Part shown: positions 1 through 12,523 of the stretch, in pieces
Numbering within the stretch: position 1 is the stretch's first letter
Layout of the letters: each line of letters begins with the position of its first letter
NCBI GenBank assembly: GCA_039621445.1
Contig: CP154954.1
Location: forward strand, 10,249,521-10,313,520
Reading direction: 5' to 3'
DNA: 64,000 nt
DNA from: Euglena gracilis
Taxonomy: Eukaryota
Notes under the pieces: generated by a model
Database searches by the model: none
Seen by the model: the letters and a program-made list of their open reading frames with translations, nothing else
What the model was told of the DNA's origin: nothing
Translations under genes and position numbers: made by a program

Positions 1-117
1 CATCATTTCCGTTTCTTAGACAGATTGAGGCAATTTTTGTTTGCACCCTCCAGCCAACCAGGGCGGACCACAGGTGACTGCCCTCCAGCCCCCCCCCCAC
101 TCCTGGTGCCTGTGTGA

Positions 118-3100
118 GCCGATGCAAACGGTGCCGTGCGACTCGTCGGCGGCCTCCCGGTGGCCACTTTCGACCTCTGGAACTCGCCGGTGCAGGTCAA
201 GGCGGCCGACCTGCGGGGCTGCACACTGGCGCCCCGCCGCCCGCAAACCCGTCGCCCGCGCCGGGCGACGTCAGGCGCGCGACGGGTCACATGTGTACGT
301 ACATGAATGGCCCGAGTGATAATGCCGTGCCACTTCGGGTATTCGGGATAACGGAATCACCGTGGAGTGGCACATGTGTGTCCCGGTTAAACGTCTCGGC
401 TGTTCGCCAGGAACCGTTCGCACATCTTTGTGTCAGTCGCTGTCTCTTTGCAAGTAAAGCACAATGCCCCAATGCAATTGCACGCTGGACGCTGTAACAC
501 TTGGGGCGGGTATCTAAGATGGCAAATGCCAGCCGTCAGCAACCGCCAGTCAAACCTGTGAAAGGCTCTGCAGTTCATCAGTTTCTGTTTCCTGCTGCAC
601 TGGAGAACTTCTTTGTTTGTTTGTTGACCCTGGTGACCCGGGTTGGGCTCTACCTCTCCCTTTGGGGGCCGGTCCTTGTGGAGACCCGAAACAAAAGGCA
701 ACTGTTTTGAATGCTTTTCTGGGCTTTTGTTTTTCTAATTGTCCTGAAAACAGCAAATTCTGCGGTCCGCATCCCACCCCCTGCTGAATGCCACCGTCGG
801 GAAGGGTTGTGTTTTTCCTTCGGCATGATTTCTTTGGGATCCCAAAGTAAATCCGAAGAGTGTGCCTCCAAAGCTCTTGCACGCCCCAACGGGTTGCTGG
901 TGTTGGGAATGCCCCCCCCCCCGCGGATCAAATAGAGCAGAAAAAGAGAATATAAAAAAAACAGTTTATTGAAATAATTGAATTAATTTTAAATAATTTA
1001 AAATTGCTAAAATGAATTTAAACAAGTTGCAAATAATAACTAATAAATAAATTTAAATAAAAATAAAATGGAAAAAAAATTAAAATTAAAAATAAAGTTG
1101 AAAAGTTGAAGTTAAGTCAAAACCATCAATGACCAAGTTCTTCACAAATCAAAAAAGGGGGTGGGCAGCCCTTGCAGTGGGCGGCGGGGCGGGACCGATC
1201 CAGCGCACGACGGCGGGCACGCAGGGCGTCGTCCGGGCGGCCGGCGCAGCGCTGCTGCTGACCGCCTCGTTCGCCGTCGCCACCGCCACCGCGCGCCACG
1301 TGTTGCAGTACGCGGCCGCCTCGTCCGGCCACTGCCACCGCTGGGCTACTGTGGCTGGCCGTGTTCTGAGTAGGACCCCACAGTTTCCGGGGGGGGGGGG
1401 GTACCCCAAAAATATGAAAAATGAAATGGCAATTAAAAAAAATGAATTTTAAAGAATTTGAAATTGAACTTAAAGTGAAGAATAATAACGCCCACCTGTG
1501 AAATAAAAGTTCAATAAAAAAAACTCCCACCTGGGGGTCGTTAAGCAGCGCCCTGTTAAGGACCACCCTGCATTGAATGGAAGATTTGTTGAACCCAGCC
1601 AATCAGTTGAGCCCACCACCCGACGCTCAGCGCCAGCTGGCCTGTTTCGACCTATCCCCTTTTCGGGTGACTGCCGGGTCCGCCCCTATCGATTCCTGGG
1701 AGACATGGGAATTCCGGCCGCCCTGTGGATGATGCACGGAGGTCTCCTCCGCCACGTCCGCTCATTTTTTGGGCTTTTGATTCAAAACCACAAACTTGAA
1801 ACTGTACTTTTGGAGCCGTTGTGAACCCAAATTTCTGTGGTTCCTACCCCCTCCCGGGAAACTGTCACCTAAACCCCGTACTCTATGACCTGTCACCTCA
1901 GGGACCTGTTACACAACAAAAGCCCCCCTGCCTCCCCGTGGGAAACTGTAACCTGACAAGTAAGCGAGCACAGAGGCAGGCATGCCAGACTCCCCCCAGG
2001 CAACCAAGTGAGGGTGGCTCTGCCACCAGTCCTTCCCATTGATCCCTGTCCCGCCCTGAACGCAGGCAGTAGCGTTGCAAACTTTGGTTTACCCTCAAAG
2101 TGGCTATTTCTTTTGACCCAAAAGGCGCCAAAGGCAAAATTTGACTCCCAAAGTGTCCGCCCTACCAGAGTGGCCGCTTTGTTGTCTAAAGTATCAACAG
2201 ATCAGTCCACTTTTAGTTTTAAAATTGCTTAATTTTTTATGATTCTGAATCAAGTCTTCTGGAGATCAAAATTTTTGTGGACGCCAAAGTTTTTTTTTGC
2301 GGGATTTGTGGACACCAAAAGGAAGGCTGCCGCTCATTTGTGTACACCACGAAATTTTTTGTGGTTCATCTGTGAACACCCAAAAAAAATGTTGTGGTTC
2401 ACACGCCTTTTGTGAACCACATTAAATGGATGTCTGGTCTGTGTGAATTGGGAACCGAGGTGCACCGCGGTGAGCGGTGGCATGTCCCCGAGCCAGTGTC
2501 TGTCTCGATGGTGATGACGGGGGTGAAGCTTGACGGCCCCCAGGGCACCATAGGGCTCTCTCCAAGCTAACCACCCAAAATGTTGGTCCGATGCCAAATA
2601 CTGTCATGCCCGAGAACCTGTCAGGGTCCTGCCCGGGAAATTGTCAGGGTCCCCGGTACCGGCCAATCTGTCAGGTTACAATTTCCTGGGGGGGGTCAAT
2701 CATGGGAGCAGGCCGTATTTTAGTCGGGTGCCGACCCCACCCCGGGGGGGGGGGTGCTTGCCTGGGCAGGCACTCCAAGGCACTCCAAATCCGACCCCCC
2801 GGGGGGGGGGGGGTAGGGCACACAGCCAAAAGTGCCCTAGCACAACCCCGGCGCCGAATGCGCCGGGGAGCAAAAAAATGGCCTATTTTGAAAGGAATGT
2901 GCCTGCCTCCCTCACAGGCACTCCGGACCCCCCCTCCCCCCCGGGGTTGGTAAAAAAAACAGCCTGCATGGGAGGCTATTTCTCCTGGGCAACGTTGGCA
3001 AAAAAGGCAGTGCAGTTTGAAGATGAACATGAGCACACACTTTGCTTTTTTTGTAATTTTAGCTCGCGGTGCTCTGCGTCAGACCCCCGCCTGGGCATCG

Positions 3101-3206
3101 AGGATCGTGCTGGGGCCCTTGCTTCAATTCAATTGAGCATATATTTTATTTGTGTTGTGTGTGTGTGTTGTGTGAGTGTGTGTGTTGTGTGAGTGTGTGT
3201 GTTGTG

Positions 3207-3261
<55 letters not shown>

Positions 3262-5345
3262 GAGTGTGTGCGTGCGTGTGTGCGCGCGTGTGTGCGTGTG
3301 GGTGGGTGGGTGGGTGGGTGGGTGGGTGGGTGGGTGGGTGGGTGGGTGTGTGTGTGTTGTGTGTGTGTGTGTGTGTGTGTTTGCGTGTTGTATGTTGTAT
3401 GTGTATTTGTGGCAGGTATGGTGCGTGGCAGGCATTCCTGCCCAACACAGAAAGTGGCTTTCAATCGGTATGCGGTCGTCCCGCCCGCCGAACACAGCCC
3501 CGCGTCTCGCGCCGTTTCGTGTCCTGGCATGGGGCAGGGGCCCCGCCTGCCTGCGCCGAGTTCCTCGCCGCCCTCCTGCGGGGGCAAGGCCATCGCCGCA
3601 CGTTCTCAAAAAGATTTGAGTGTGCCGGAATTTTTCTCAAATTGAATTTTAAATTCGAACTTTGAAATTGATTTCAAATTTCAAGTTCAGGTTCAAGTTC
3701 TCCTTCTCCACGCCGACCCATCCGGCCAGGGCTGGCTAGCTGGTGGGCGAGGCCGGGTCAGTCACAGCCAGCCCTTTGGGTGGCAGTGCAGGGGGGATGG
3801 ACCCCCACCAAACGTGGCCAGCCGGGGGGGGGGGGTCGTCAGGCGACGCCCTGGGTGGGGCAGCCGGCGGACGTGCGGGACTTCCTGACGTGGCGGCCGG
3901 ACTACATGGCAGTCAGCGGCCAGGCGATCCCGGACGACTTGCGGCCCAACTTCGGCCGAGGGAGCGGGCTTCGCCGCTGCACCTGATTCCAAACCCAGGC
4001 CAAATTTTAAGGTGGAGCTGGCCCTGCATTGAGAGGGGGGAGGTGTCTGCCTGGGCAGGCATCCCGAGGCACCTGGATCGGGGGGAGATCGGGGCACGTC
4101 TTCAAAAGTGCCGGGGCATTTGGCAAGGCACTCCGGTGTCGAAGGCTCCGAAAGCCCAGAAACGGCCACAATCAGGCAGGCATTGGTACATGGTACATTG
4201 ACTTCCGGGGGGTATCTGTCTGGCAGAAACACCAGGGCACTCTGAAACCCCGATCCCCTGGGGTCAATATAATCGAATAATTTTGTAATCAAGAATCTAG
4301 GGGCAGAGGGACCTCGAAGTTGAATCACTTCCCATAGTTTGCATTTTCTACATCTCAGCTGAGCCTCTCTGCATGCTTTCACTGAAGGAGGGATAAATTG
4401 CACGACTCGCACAAAGCGATACCAATGGAACGATACGACCAAAAATGATAAAAATAATCAAAACAAACAAATAAGCGTAACCCCCCCAAAAAATAAGACC
4501 GGGGGTCCATTTCATGGGTCGGTTGCTGGAAAGCCCTGGTATCATGTATCACTCGTACATGGTTTAGGTGGGGGGGTGTCCCCCCACCCCCCCCCCCTCC
4601 TGGCCCGCAGGGGGGGGGTCCGGACCACCCCCCCCACCTGCAAGGGGGGTCCGGACCGACCCTCAGGGGGTTCCCGGGACCCCCCCCCCCAAAAAGGGTC
4701 AATTTTTTCCTCCGGCGCTTCGCGCCGAAATTTTTTTGCATTTTTGGCCAATTTTTGCCCAAAAAGTGCCCAAAATGGCACTTTTGGTCGTTTTGGGGGG
4801 TCAAAATTTTTCGGCCCGGCGTTTCGCGCCGGGCCGAAAATCGGTCACCCTGACCGCGCCACTGTTTAGGTGGGGGGGTGGCCCCCCCCCACCCCCCCCC
4901 CCTCCTGGGCCGCCGGGGGGGCGTCCGACCCCCCCCCCCTCCTATATCTACGGGGGGTCCGGACCACCCCCCCCCTCCTTATATCGAACCCTGGGCAGAT
5001 TCCCCCCCCCAAAATGTCCTATTTTTCAAAAATCCGGCGCTTCGCGCTGGCAGGGGGGGGTCTTATTTATGGGGGGGGTCCATTTCATGGATTTTTGCTC
5101 GGACCGGCCAGGGGGCGTCTTATTTTTGGGGGGTCCATTTTATGGGGGGGTCTAATTTGGGGGGGGGGTTATTGAAATTAAGATTGAACGAGAGAAAAGA
5201 AACCGGGAGGCAAGGAGCCACTCCCTCTCCCCACGGGGACATCGACCTGTGTCAGCAGCCCGACGTGTTCCCCTTTGCCATGGTGGTCACGCTGGACCAA
5301 GGCCTGCGCGTGCTCAGCCCGGTCCCGCAGGCGGGCGCGGACTGA
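118..5345 (+). CDS. Multi-exon hypothetical protein, 5' end probably outside the window
   Basis: GC-rich coding islands: 118-210 (ADANGAVRLVGGLPVATFDLWNSPVQVKAAD), 1180-~1337 (GGGAGPIQRTT...QYAAASSGHC), ~1622-1666, ~2000-2065, ~2453-2535 (TEVHRGERWHVPEPVSVSMVMTGVKLD), ~3062-3125, ~3417-3590, 3843-3954 (ATPWVGQPADVRDFLTWRPDYMAVSGQAIPDDLRPNF), 5233-5345 (DGDIDLCQQPDVFPFAMVVTLDQGLRVLSPVPQAGAD*). No family recognised; internal boundaries are approximate. Confidence 0.6.
211..1179 (+). other. Nonconventional (non GT-AG) intron
   Basis: GAC|ctg-CGGGGCTGCACAC...GTGGGCAGCCCTTG-cagtg|GGC. The arms pair, the register is N3/N5|R, and the join is in frame (KAAD|GGGAG). Confidence 0.55.
2709..2966. mobile_element. 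hAT-like MITE, family A, copy 1
   Basis: Ends CAGGCCGTATTT...AAAAACAGCCTG with a perfect 8-bp direct repeat CATGGGAG at 2701-2708 and 2967-2974. A closely related copy lies at 30900-31171. Confidence 0.85.
3955..5232 (+). other. Nonconventional intron with GAG/CTC variant ends
   Basis: TTC G|gcc-GAGGGAGCGGGCT...AGCCACTCCCTC-tcccc|AC GGG. The arms pair, the register is N3/N5|R, and the join gives NF-D-GDIDL in frame. Confidence 0.55.
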
Positions 5346-7594
5346 TCGCGTGCGCCTTGTGTCATGCGACGCCACGCGTGCCCCACTGCCGCCCGGCCAG
5401 TGTTGGCCCCCGGCATGAAACCCCAGATCAGGGTGTGATCTCTGGTGTTCGCGTTTCATGCGTTCAAGTTGTTGGTCCGCACTGCGCACTGTCAGTGAGC
5501 CGGACCTCATCTTGCCCTCCCACCCTGAGGGATCCAACCAACCAACACCTTTTATCCAGTCAGCAGCCAAGCGTATTAATATGCACAATTTCTGCAATTT
5601 CCACAGTTTTCCGCAATTTTCTGCAATTTTTTTCCCTTTCCGCAATTTTTTCTGCATGAACATGAGATGGAACGCAAGGTGTGTTTCGCCCCTCCAAAAC
5701 TGTTACGGAATGTTTTTTTGATATCCGCATGGTTTTCACACCTGTGAGCACGAATCCGACGGCACATCGGAATAGGTATCCCGGGGATCGCAATGGGAAA
5801 CCCCAATCGGTTTCCAGCTTTGGGGCCAAACCACGGTTTTCTATGGGTACGAGTAAGGGGAAAAGGGGGTACTGCCATTTCGGGCTATCTTCCAGCCATA
5901 CCTTGAACGTTTCACAAGGGAATCCAGTGCTGAGTTTGTTGTTTTGTCGGTTTTGGAATTTTCACCCAGGAAATTCCATATTTCCAGAATCAATTTGTTT
6001 CCAAAATTGCCATATTCATGCTTTTTTACCTTTTTATTGGAATGTGAATGATGGCTCAAAACTTATCTCTATGTTGCAAAAATGATTAATGATGATTTTT
6101 TTCTCAGTCCCCTCCAACAGACAGAAGTGCACTAATTCCCAAAATTGTGTTTTCCGTAATTTCTCCGCAATTTCCACAATGTTTCTCCAATTTTTCCGCA
6201 ATTTTTTTTTGAAGGCTTCCAATGTCATTCCCCTGCAGCACCACCCGGCTGAGTTTCGGATCCCCCACCCCCGGGCAACTCACCCCCTAGGCCCAGCCTA
6301 GGCCCAGCCTAGGCTGGGCCTGTCTGGTCAATCACTTGGTGGGGTTCAAATTACCGCAATGGAGGGGGTACCCCTGACAGCCTTGAGCGGTGTTTGACGC
6401 AGATCGGTTAGATTCATTGGTCAGCACAACAATGGAGAGGGAAAAGGTGGGAAAGTGGCGAGGCTTTTGATTGGCTGGAGCCACAAGAACTCCCTGGTCA
6501 CAGCGACGGGTAAATTTTCCTGATTTCTCGGTTCTCAGTTGCCACATGGTTCTGATCTGCGCAAAGGTAAGTTCCCCAGGGCAGGGGGGATGACTGACTG
6601 GTTTTCTCGGAGCGACTGCTGGTTTTTGGCTCCGGAACTCAGGGGGGGGGTTCGGCCAGGAACGACCTAAACTGACCCACCCTGCGTTACAGGCGCCAGA
6701 ACATTTTCGTGGGTTTTGATCAAAAAATACATTGACTTTTTGAGCCATTTTTGGCCCGGGGTGCAAACCTGCCAACCTCCTCGGGGGGAAAAGGAAGTGG
6801 GTGGCTGGTTTTATAAAGTGAATGCCTGGTTTTGGAATGCCTGGTTTTGAACGTGGAGAGTGACCCCTGTCCCCCACCCCACAGATTCGGTAAGCAATTC
6901 AGCATGGCCTAATCCAAAGAGAAGCGGTGGACCAGCGCCAGGAGGGAAATGGGTTCCCGCTTCCACCCCATATGAAAATGGCATCATTAGGGGGTCCTTC
7001 TGCCTGAGATGGGCATGTCATCAGAAGGAATGGAAAAGAAGTGCGAACCCAAGCATCGACTGATGGTTTACTGGATGGAAGACCAGCGAGACCACGCCAA
7101 GGCATCGTGTCCTCTAACTGGGGTTGGTGAAAAACGGGGTCAAGGTTGGTTGTTGTGTTCTATTCTTTTTCCACAGGTACAGCCCGCCACCCGTGCCTTC
7201 TCCGATGGTGTGACAGCAAAGTGATTCAGCGTCATCCATGGTGTTCAAGCAGCAACTTGGCATGTCCCCAATCACCCCTGTTTCATTCTTTTCATGACTC
7301 GTCATTTCGGCTGCCTGATTTACCCCTGAAGAAATTTTGGCGGTAAAATGAATACGAACCCACCTTGGGCATGAAAGGGCAGTTGTCTCAGACTCAGAAA
7401 GAGTATATGTCCTTTCAGTAGGGAGGTTACCAGCCCCTCCTCTATTCTGCCTAACTGCAAAACCAGGGGGGGCGTATGGAGCTTGCATGGTTCTTTTATG
7501 CAAAAAAAAAAGATGAAGCCCAGAAACCCCATTCATATTCTTCATGTTCTTCTCAGATGAGCATCTTTTGTGTTTTTCTTTCTGCTCTGCTCAG

Positions 7595-10500
7595 GCATGG
7601 TTGGTCTACAACTGTGCGTCATCATCGCGGTGGTGATGACGTTTGCACATTATGGCTACTCCCCACGATCAGGGTTGTTGTTTTCACCCCCCCCCATGGA
7701 AATGGAAAACTGTGGTGCCAAGGAAACTGTCCGGGACTGGCCAACCTTGAGCATCAGCGATATCTGGGACACTCGCTGTTAAAGTTCATGCCACCGGCCA
7801 AAGCTGCCAGAATCCCAGAATCCCAAAGCTGGCCTGTCTGTCAAGTGACATTTTCCAGGCGTGGGGTAACACATTATTTTATTTAAACACCTATGACCCA
7901 CTTGGCTCAATGTTTGGACAGAGTTTCACTTCAAGACTCTCAAGCAGCTTTATACTGTAATGGGAGGGTGTATGTCGGAAATTTTATCCACCCGAACACA
8001 ACCACTTTTCCTTAGCATTTAGCCATTTGTGATGATTTGGACACTATTTCAATTGTTCCCATAACCCCACCCCCCGGAAGATGGCTTTCCAGGCCTGGAC
8101 TCAGCAACCTGGTTTTATGGAGTGTCACAGTGAGTGTCACAGTTTATGGAGTGAGGGCAGGAACATCAAAAAAAAATACACCAAAAGTTTTGCCATGCGT
8201 GTTACGTGTCTCTTGCAAAAATGGTTCTATGTTTGGTTGTCTAACAAAGACCTTGAGGGTCTATATTCAGGAGGGAGACTGATTAATTCAAAAAGAACAT
8301 TTATTTCACCAAAGTCACAATCGAAAGAGCAAGGCCAAGGCCTGTGGCCATTAAAGTGAGCACCACTCATTTAAACCTCCCAACCTGCCCAAAGCAAAGG
8401 GCGCAATGCCCAAATAAATTCACCCTCCTGAGGGTCCGAAAATACGGTCTAAAAATCAGCACACCCCTCGCATTTAAATGGGGCAGTGTTCGCCTTGCAC
8501 GAACTAACGCCACTACACCCCCGAATCCATGCTCCATCCACAGGGGCTCAAAATCAAATTTGCTGTGGTGGTTCGACCTCTGCAAATTTCCATTTTAGCA
8601 ACCGTCCCCTCTCCCAAGCCGACTCCTGTTACGCCCCCCCCCCCCCCCGCACTACACTAGAAGCACGGGTGCGCTTGTGGTGGACCGCCGTCTCTGGCAG
8701 CGGGGGCTGTGCTTATATTGGGACCCTACCTGCGTGATTTTTGTCGATCTTCTTTGGAAATGCCATCAAAATTTTTAGAATTTTTAGATTTAGAAAAGCC
8801 GGGGGGGGGTTAGCTGTTTTGAAGCCACGCACGGGGCGTGACCACTTTCCACAGCCCTGGCCGTGTCGGCTGGCTGTCGGCGTAACGCGCAACACAAGGT
8901 TGAGCCGAGCCCCGGGTTTAACGCCCATGCCGTCCTTTTCACAGGGGGGGGGGGATTTGTCCACCCTATGCTCATTGGCCTCAGAGAATCTGCCTGGTGC
9001 TGTGGGCGGGGAGGTTGATCCCCACCGCCACCCCGCTGGTGTTGATTGGTGTTGGCGCTGATTTTAATGTCAAACAAACCTTCACGACATGCTGTTGCTG
9101 TGGCTGCGGGGTCCCCCTCCCCCCTCGCGCCATGTCGGGGGTTGACCACTCCACCCAGGTTCCTGTACGGTCCTCATTGCGCACTAATAGTTTTTATTCT
9201 TTTCATTAATCTTTTGAAAATGGTTTATGCTTTTGTCTTGATTCCGATTGGACATAAAGGTCGAGTGAAGACCAACACAGTGAAGGTCCACTGAGGGAAA
9301 CCCCTGAGGCGTTCAGAGTTGCACAGAGTTCCACAGGCCCACAGGCCCCATTCCGAGTGTTGTTCATCACAGAGCATAACAAAAATCCGTGTCGCACAAT
9401 CGGAGGTTTGTCAATGTTAATCCAAAGCTGACGTCAAACTCTGGCCAGACCCACACACCCAGCCGGCTACGGGTCGGACAACGTCGGTGCGGCGTCTTCT
9501 CGCCCAGTTTCAGTCCCTTTCCCAGGTTCGGTATTGCCTGTGCGGGCGTGCGTGTAATGTTTTTCACTTTGCATGAGGTTCAGACCAGGGGATGCCTTAA
9601 GGTGCTCTACTCTATTTCAGCAGAACCTGGCTGGGCAGGGCTGCCGGAAAACAGGTGCTGGCTGGCTGGACCCTTAGGGGGGGGGGGAGTGGGAACCCCG
9701 GCACATCGTTCCAGCGAGACCAAGCCAAATAAACCCCCCCAAATATAAAGCCCCCCCCCCAAACATAAAGACCCCCCCAACCCCCCCAAGGGGTTTGGTT
9801 TTTGCCGCCCAAATATAAAGCCCCCCCCTGAATTGGAGCCAGAAGCTGGTGTCATTCAGGAAAAAGTAGAATTTTTTTGGGTTTTGGATAACACTTGCAC
9901 ATTCCTGCGAAGAATAGGAGGTACACAACGACTGGCATACATACATACAGAACAATTGCCATAAAATTGGTATTTGACCACAATTGAAGGCCGCCGAAGG
10001 TCATAGAGGCCACCCGAAAAAGTTTGATTTTCGCTCCCAAGTATAAAGCCACCCCCCCCCCCAAACATAAAGCCCCCCCTGAGGGTCTTGAAATTCTGTC
10101 CAAATATAAAGCCCAGGAGGCTTCATATTTGGGGGGGTTATATATATTTTGAACCCATATTTTTGAAAAAGTCAAACACACAATCCTTGAACGGTTTTTC
10201 GGGGGTTCTCGGCTCAAAATTTTGCTATAATTTTGAAGAATACAAGCCAACTCGAGTTGGCCAACTTGGAGTTTCGCCATTTTTGGGGACAGTGGCGGAT
10301 TGCAGCCAGTCAGCGGGCGTGTGACACCTTTTTGGTCACACCCCTGTGTCCAACGACCCCCCCCCACGGTCGTTGGACATAGGGGGGGGTAAAAATCAAA
10401 AAGAAAAAAGTCAAAAAAAACCATTTTGGGTCAGTTTAACATTTTGGGATGGGGGGGAGCTTTTGGGGAGGGTCTGCTTTTTGGGGCGGTTTTGCTAAAT

Positions 10501-11620
10501 TAAAAACGGCAGGGAAGGGGGATGGTTTTAGGGGGAAGCTCTAATTTTGGCAGGAGTGCAACAAAGCTCCTGGTGCAGAGGGTTTGCTTCCTGTTGCTTT
10601 CCAGAGAGATGAGGCGGTTTGCATCGCTGGTGCCCCATTCCGTGCCACCAGCACCACCACATTCGCCATGCATTTCCCCCTGCAGTGCCGCGCTCCATCG
10701 CTGACGGCCAGGCCCAATGCTCCAGTGCGTGGTTCTCCCGGCTGCCTCAGGTTGGCATATCCCCGGTGTACCCTCCAGGCCTCTTTTTAACTCAGAAATA
10801 ATATGCAATATATAATACGTATGCAATGTGTATAATTTTCAATATACAGATCGCTGTATATTGAAGTTGCTGTTTAAGAGATATTGTGTCCGTGTAGGTT
10901 TGGTATATGAATGCAGAGCGCAGCATATCCTCATGGGTTGGTCTGATTAATCTTCCTCTCCCGCAGAGCATCCTTGCTGTTGCAGCAGCTGCTTGCACTG
11001 TCTGGGCTGCGGCTGCCCATATTGCGTTACGCATGCACTGTCAGGTGTGTGTTTGAGGCCAGCCTGTGCTTACGGGTTCGCTGAGGGGGGGGGGCTGGAC
11101 CGCAGCTCGTCCAAATTTGGCTGGTGGACATCTTAGTGGACCCCCGGGGGTCTGCTAGTTGAGTTGGCTAGTGGAAATATCTTTCCAATGACCGGCGCAA
11201 AACACCAAAAAAATTTAACTCCCAAAAATGGCCAAAAATGGCCATTTTTGGGCATTTTGGGTTTTTTTTGAACAAAATAAGCCAGAAAAAAAACACATTA
11301 AAAAATCTCTTCCACCTCGGATTCAGTGCCAGAGGACTTTTTATTCCAGTGGAGATAACCCCCTGAACCCTAGCTAGTCCCTTTTTTCCAGTGTCTAGCA
11401 AAATGGCAACCCAGTGGACCCCCCCGGGTCCCTAGGCAATATCCTGTTTTAGGCAAATTTTGGAAGAATACGCTCAAAACATTTGTGCCGGCAGCCAGCT
11501 ATCAGGCAAGTTCACCCCCTCTTGCTCTTGGCATCGTTTATGGGGAAGCAATTGCCCGGAATGAAGCTGGGGCTTCTTCACTCAATTCTGTCGGTGCATT
11601 TTTTAATACACTCGGAGGGC
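7595..11620 (+). CDS. Possible multi-exon hypothetical gene with an N-terminal hydrophobic segment
   Basis: Exon-like islands at ~7595-7666 (MVGLQLCVIIAVVMTFAHYGYSP), ~7757-7844, ~8080-8155, ~8660-8733, ~8965-9090, ~9450-9525, ~10570-10750, ~10967-11044 and ~11490-11610, several bounded by AG/GT or CAG/CTG-like arms. Reading frames are not uniquely resolvable. Confidence 0.3.
11060..11446. mobile_element. hAT-like MITE, family B
   Basis: CAG...CTG ends flanked by TTTGAGGC/TTTTAGGC (7/8 TSD). The internal sequence is shared with 33347-33725 and ~51340-51650. Confidence 0.65.
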
Positions 11621-11929
11621 AAGCACCGTCGACGATGCAGGGCGATGCGGGAATTTTGGAGGCCAAAGGTGGGGATCCAATGCAGGGCGATGCAGGGCGA
11701 TGGCATGTTGACCTTTTCTCGCCCATTTTCTGACCGTTCTCTGCCCACCTTTTGGTCATTTTAGGCCATTTTCTCCTGTTTTGGTCTGTTTTTGGCTTTT
11801 TTTTTGGCCATTTTAAGGCATTTTCGGCTTTTTTTTGTTTATTTTTGGTCCGTTTTGACGATTTTTGACACAAAATGGTGTGAGATTTGGCTCGCGGATG
11901 TGCAGATGTGGGGATACGGATAAAAGAGT

Positions 11930-12135
11930 GGATGCAGAGTGCTGGTAGTGGATGCGGCGGATTCGGCAACTGGAGCGGATGTGGCTACTGGTTGCGGTGT
12001 ATTCGGCTACTGTAGTGGATGCGGTATGCGGCTACTGGATGCGGTGGATACAGCTACTGGAGTGAATGCGGCTACTGGAGCAAATGTGAGATGCGGCTAC
12101 TGGAGCAAATGTGAGATGCGGCTACTGAAGCGGAT
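11930..12135. repeat. Degenerate tandem repeat with a GCGGCTACTGGA core
   Basis: Repeated gcggctactg(g/a)a units, including two copies of atgcggctactggagcaaatgtgag. Confidence 0.7.
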
Positions 12136-12523
12136 GTTATTTGGGCAGCCGAAGTCCACGTCTAGAGTTTATCATCACCAACGAAGCATTTGTGGAAAAT
12201 AGTCACAGTTGCAAGTTGATTTCTCAGCCTGACACATGCATGCACACCTTGTGCAATAGATGTAGTAGTACATAATAGATGTCAGACACAGCAACCATGT
12301 TTCATTTCATCCCATTGGGATCACACAACAGGGTAAAAGCCTTCAACAAAATACTGTTTCCGTGTTAATCAAAATTATTTTTGGCTATGTTCTGTTTTTA
12401 ATGTTCGTTCAACATACAATATTTCAATCAGTTGTCCATATTTCTTTGTGTGAATTGCAGCGCTTTGTATGCTTCAATAGTTCTTGTGTGGATCGCGTTT
12501 TTGCAAATATGCACCCACATATA

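Noticed and set aside
8965-9090. PYAHWPQRI motif suggesting a GT61-type glycosyltransferase
   Set aside because: It is a single weak motif, the frame and exon chain cannot be fixed, and no other family motifs were found.
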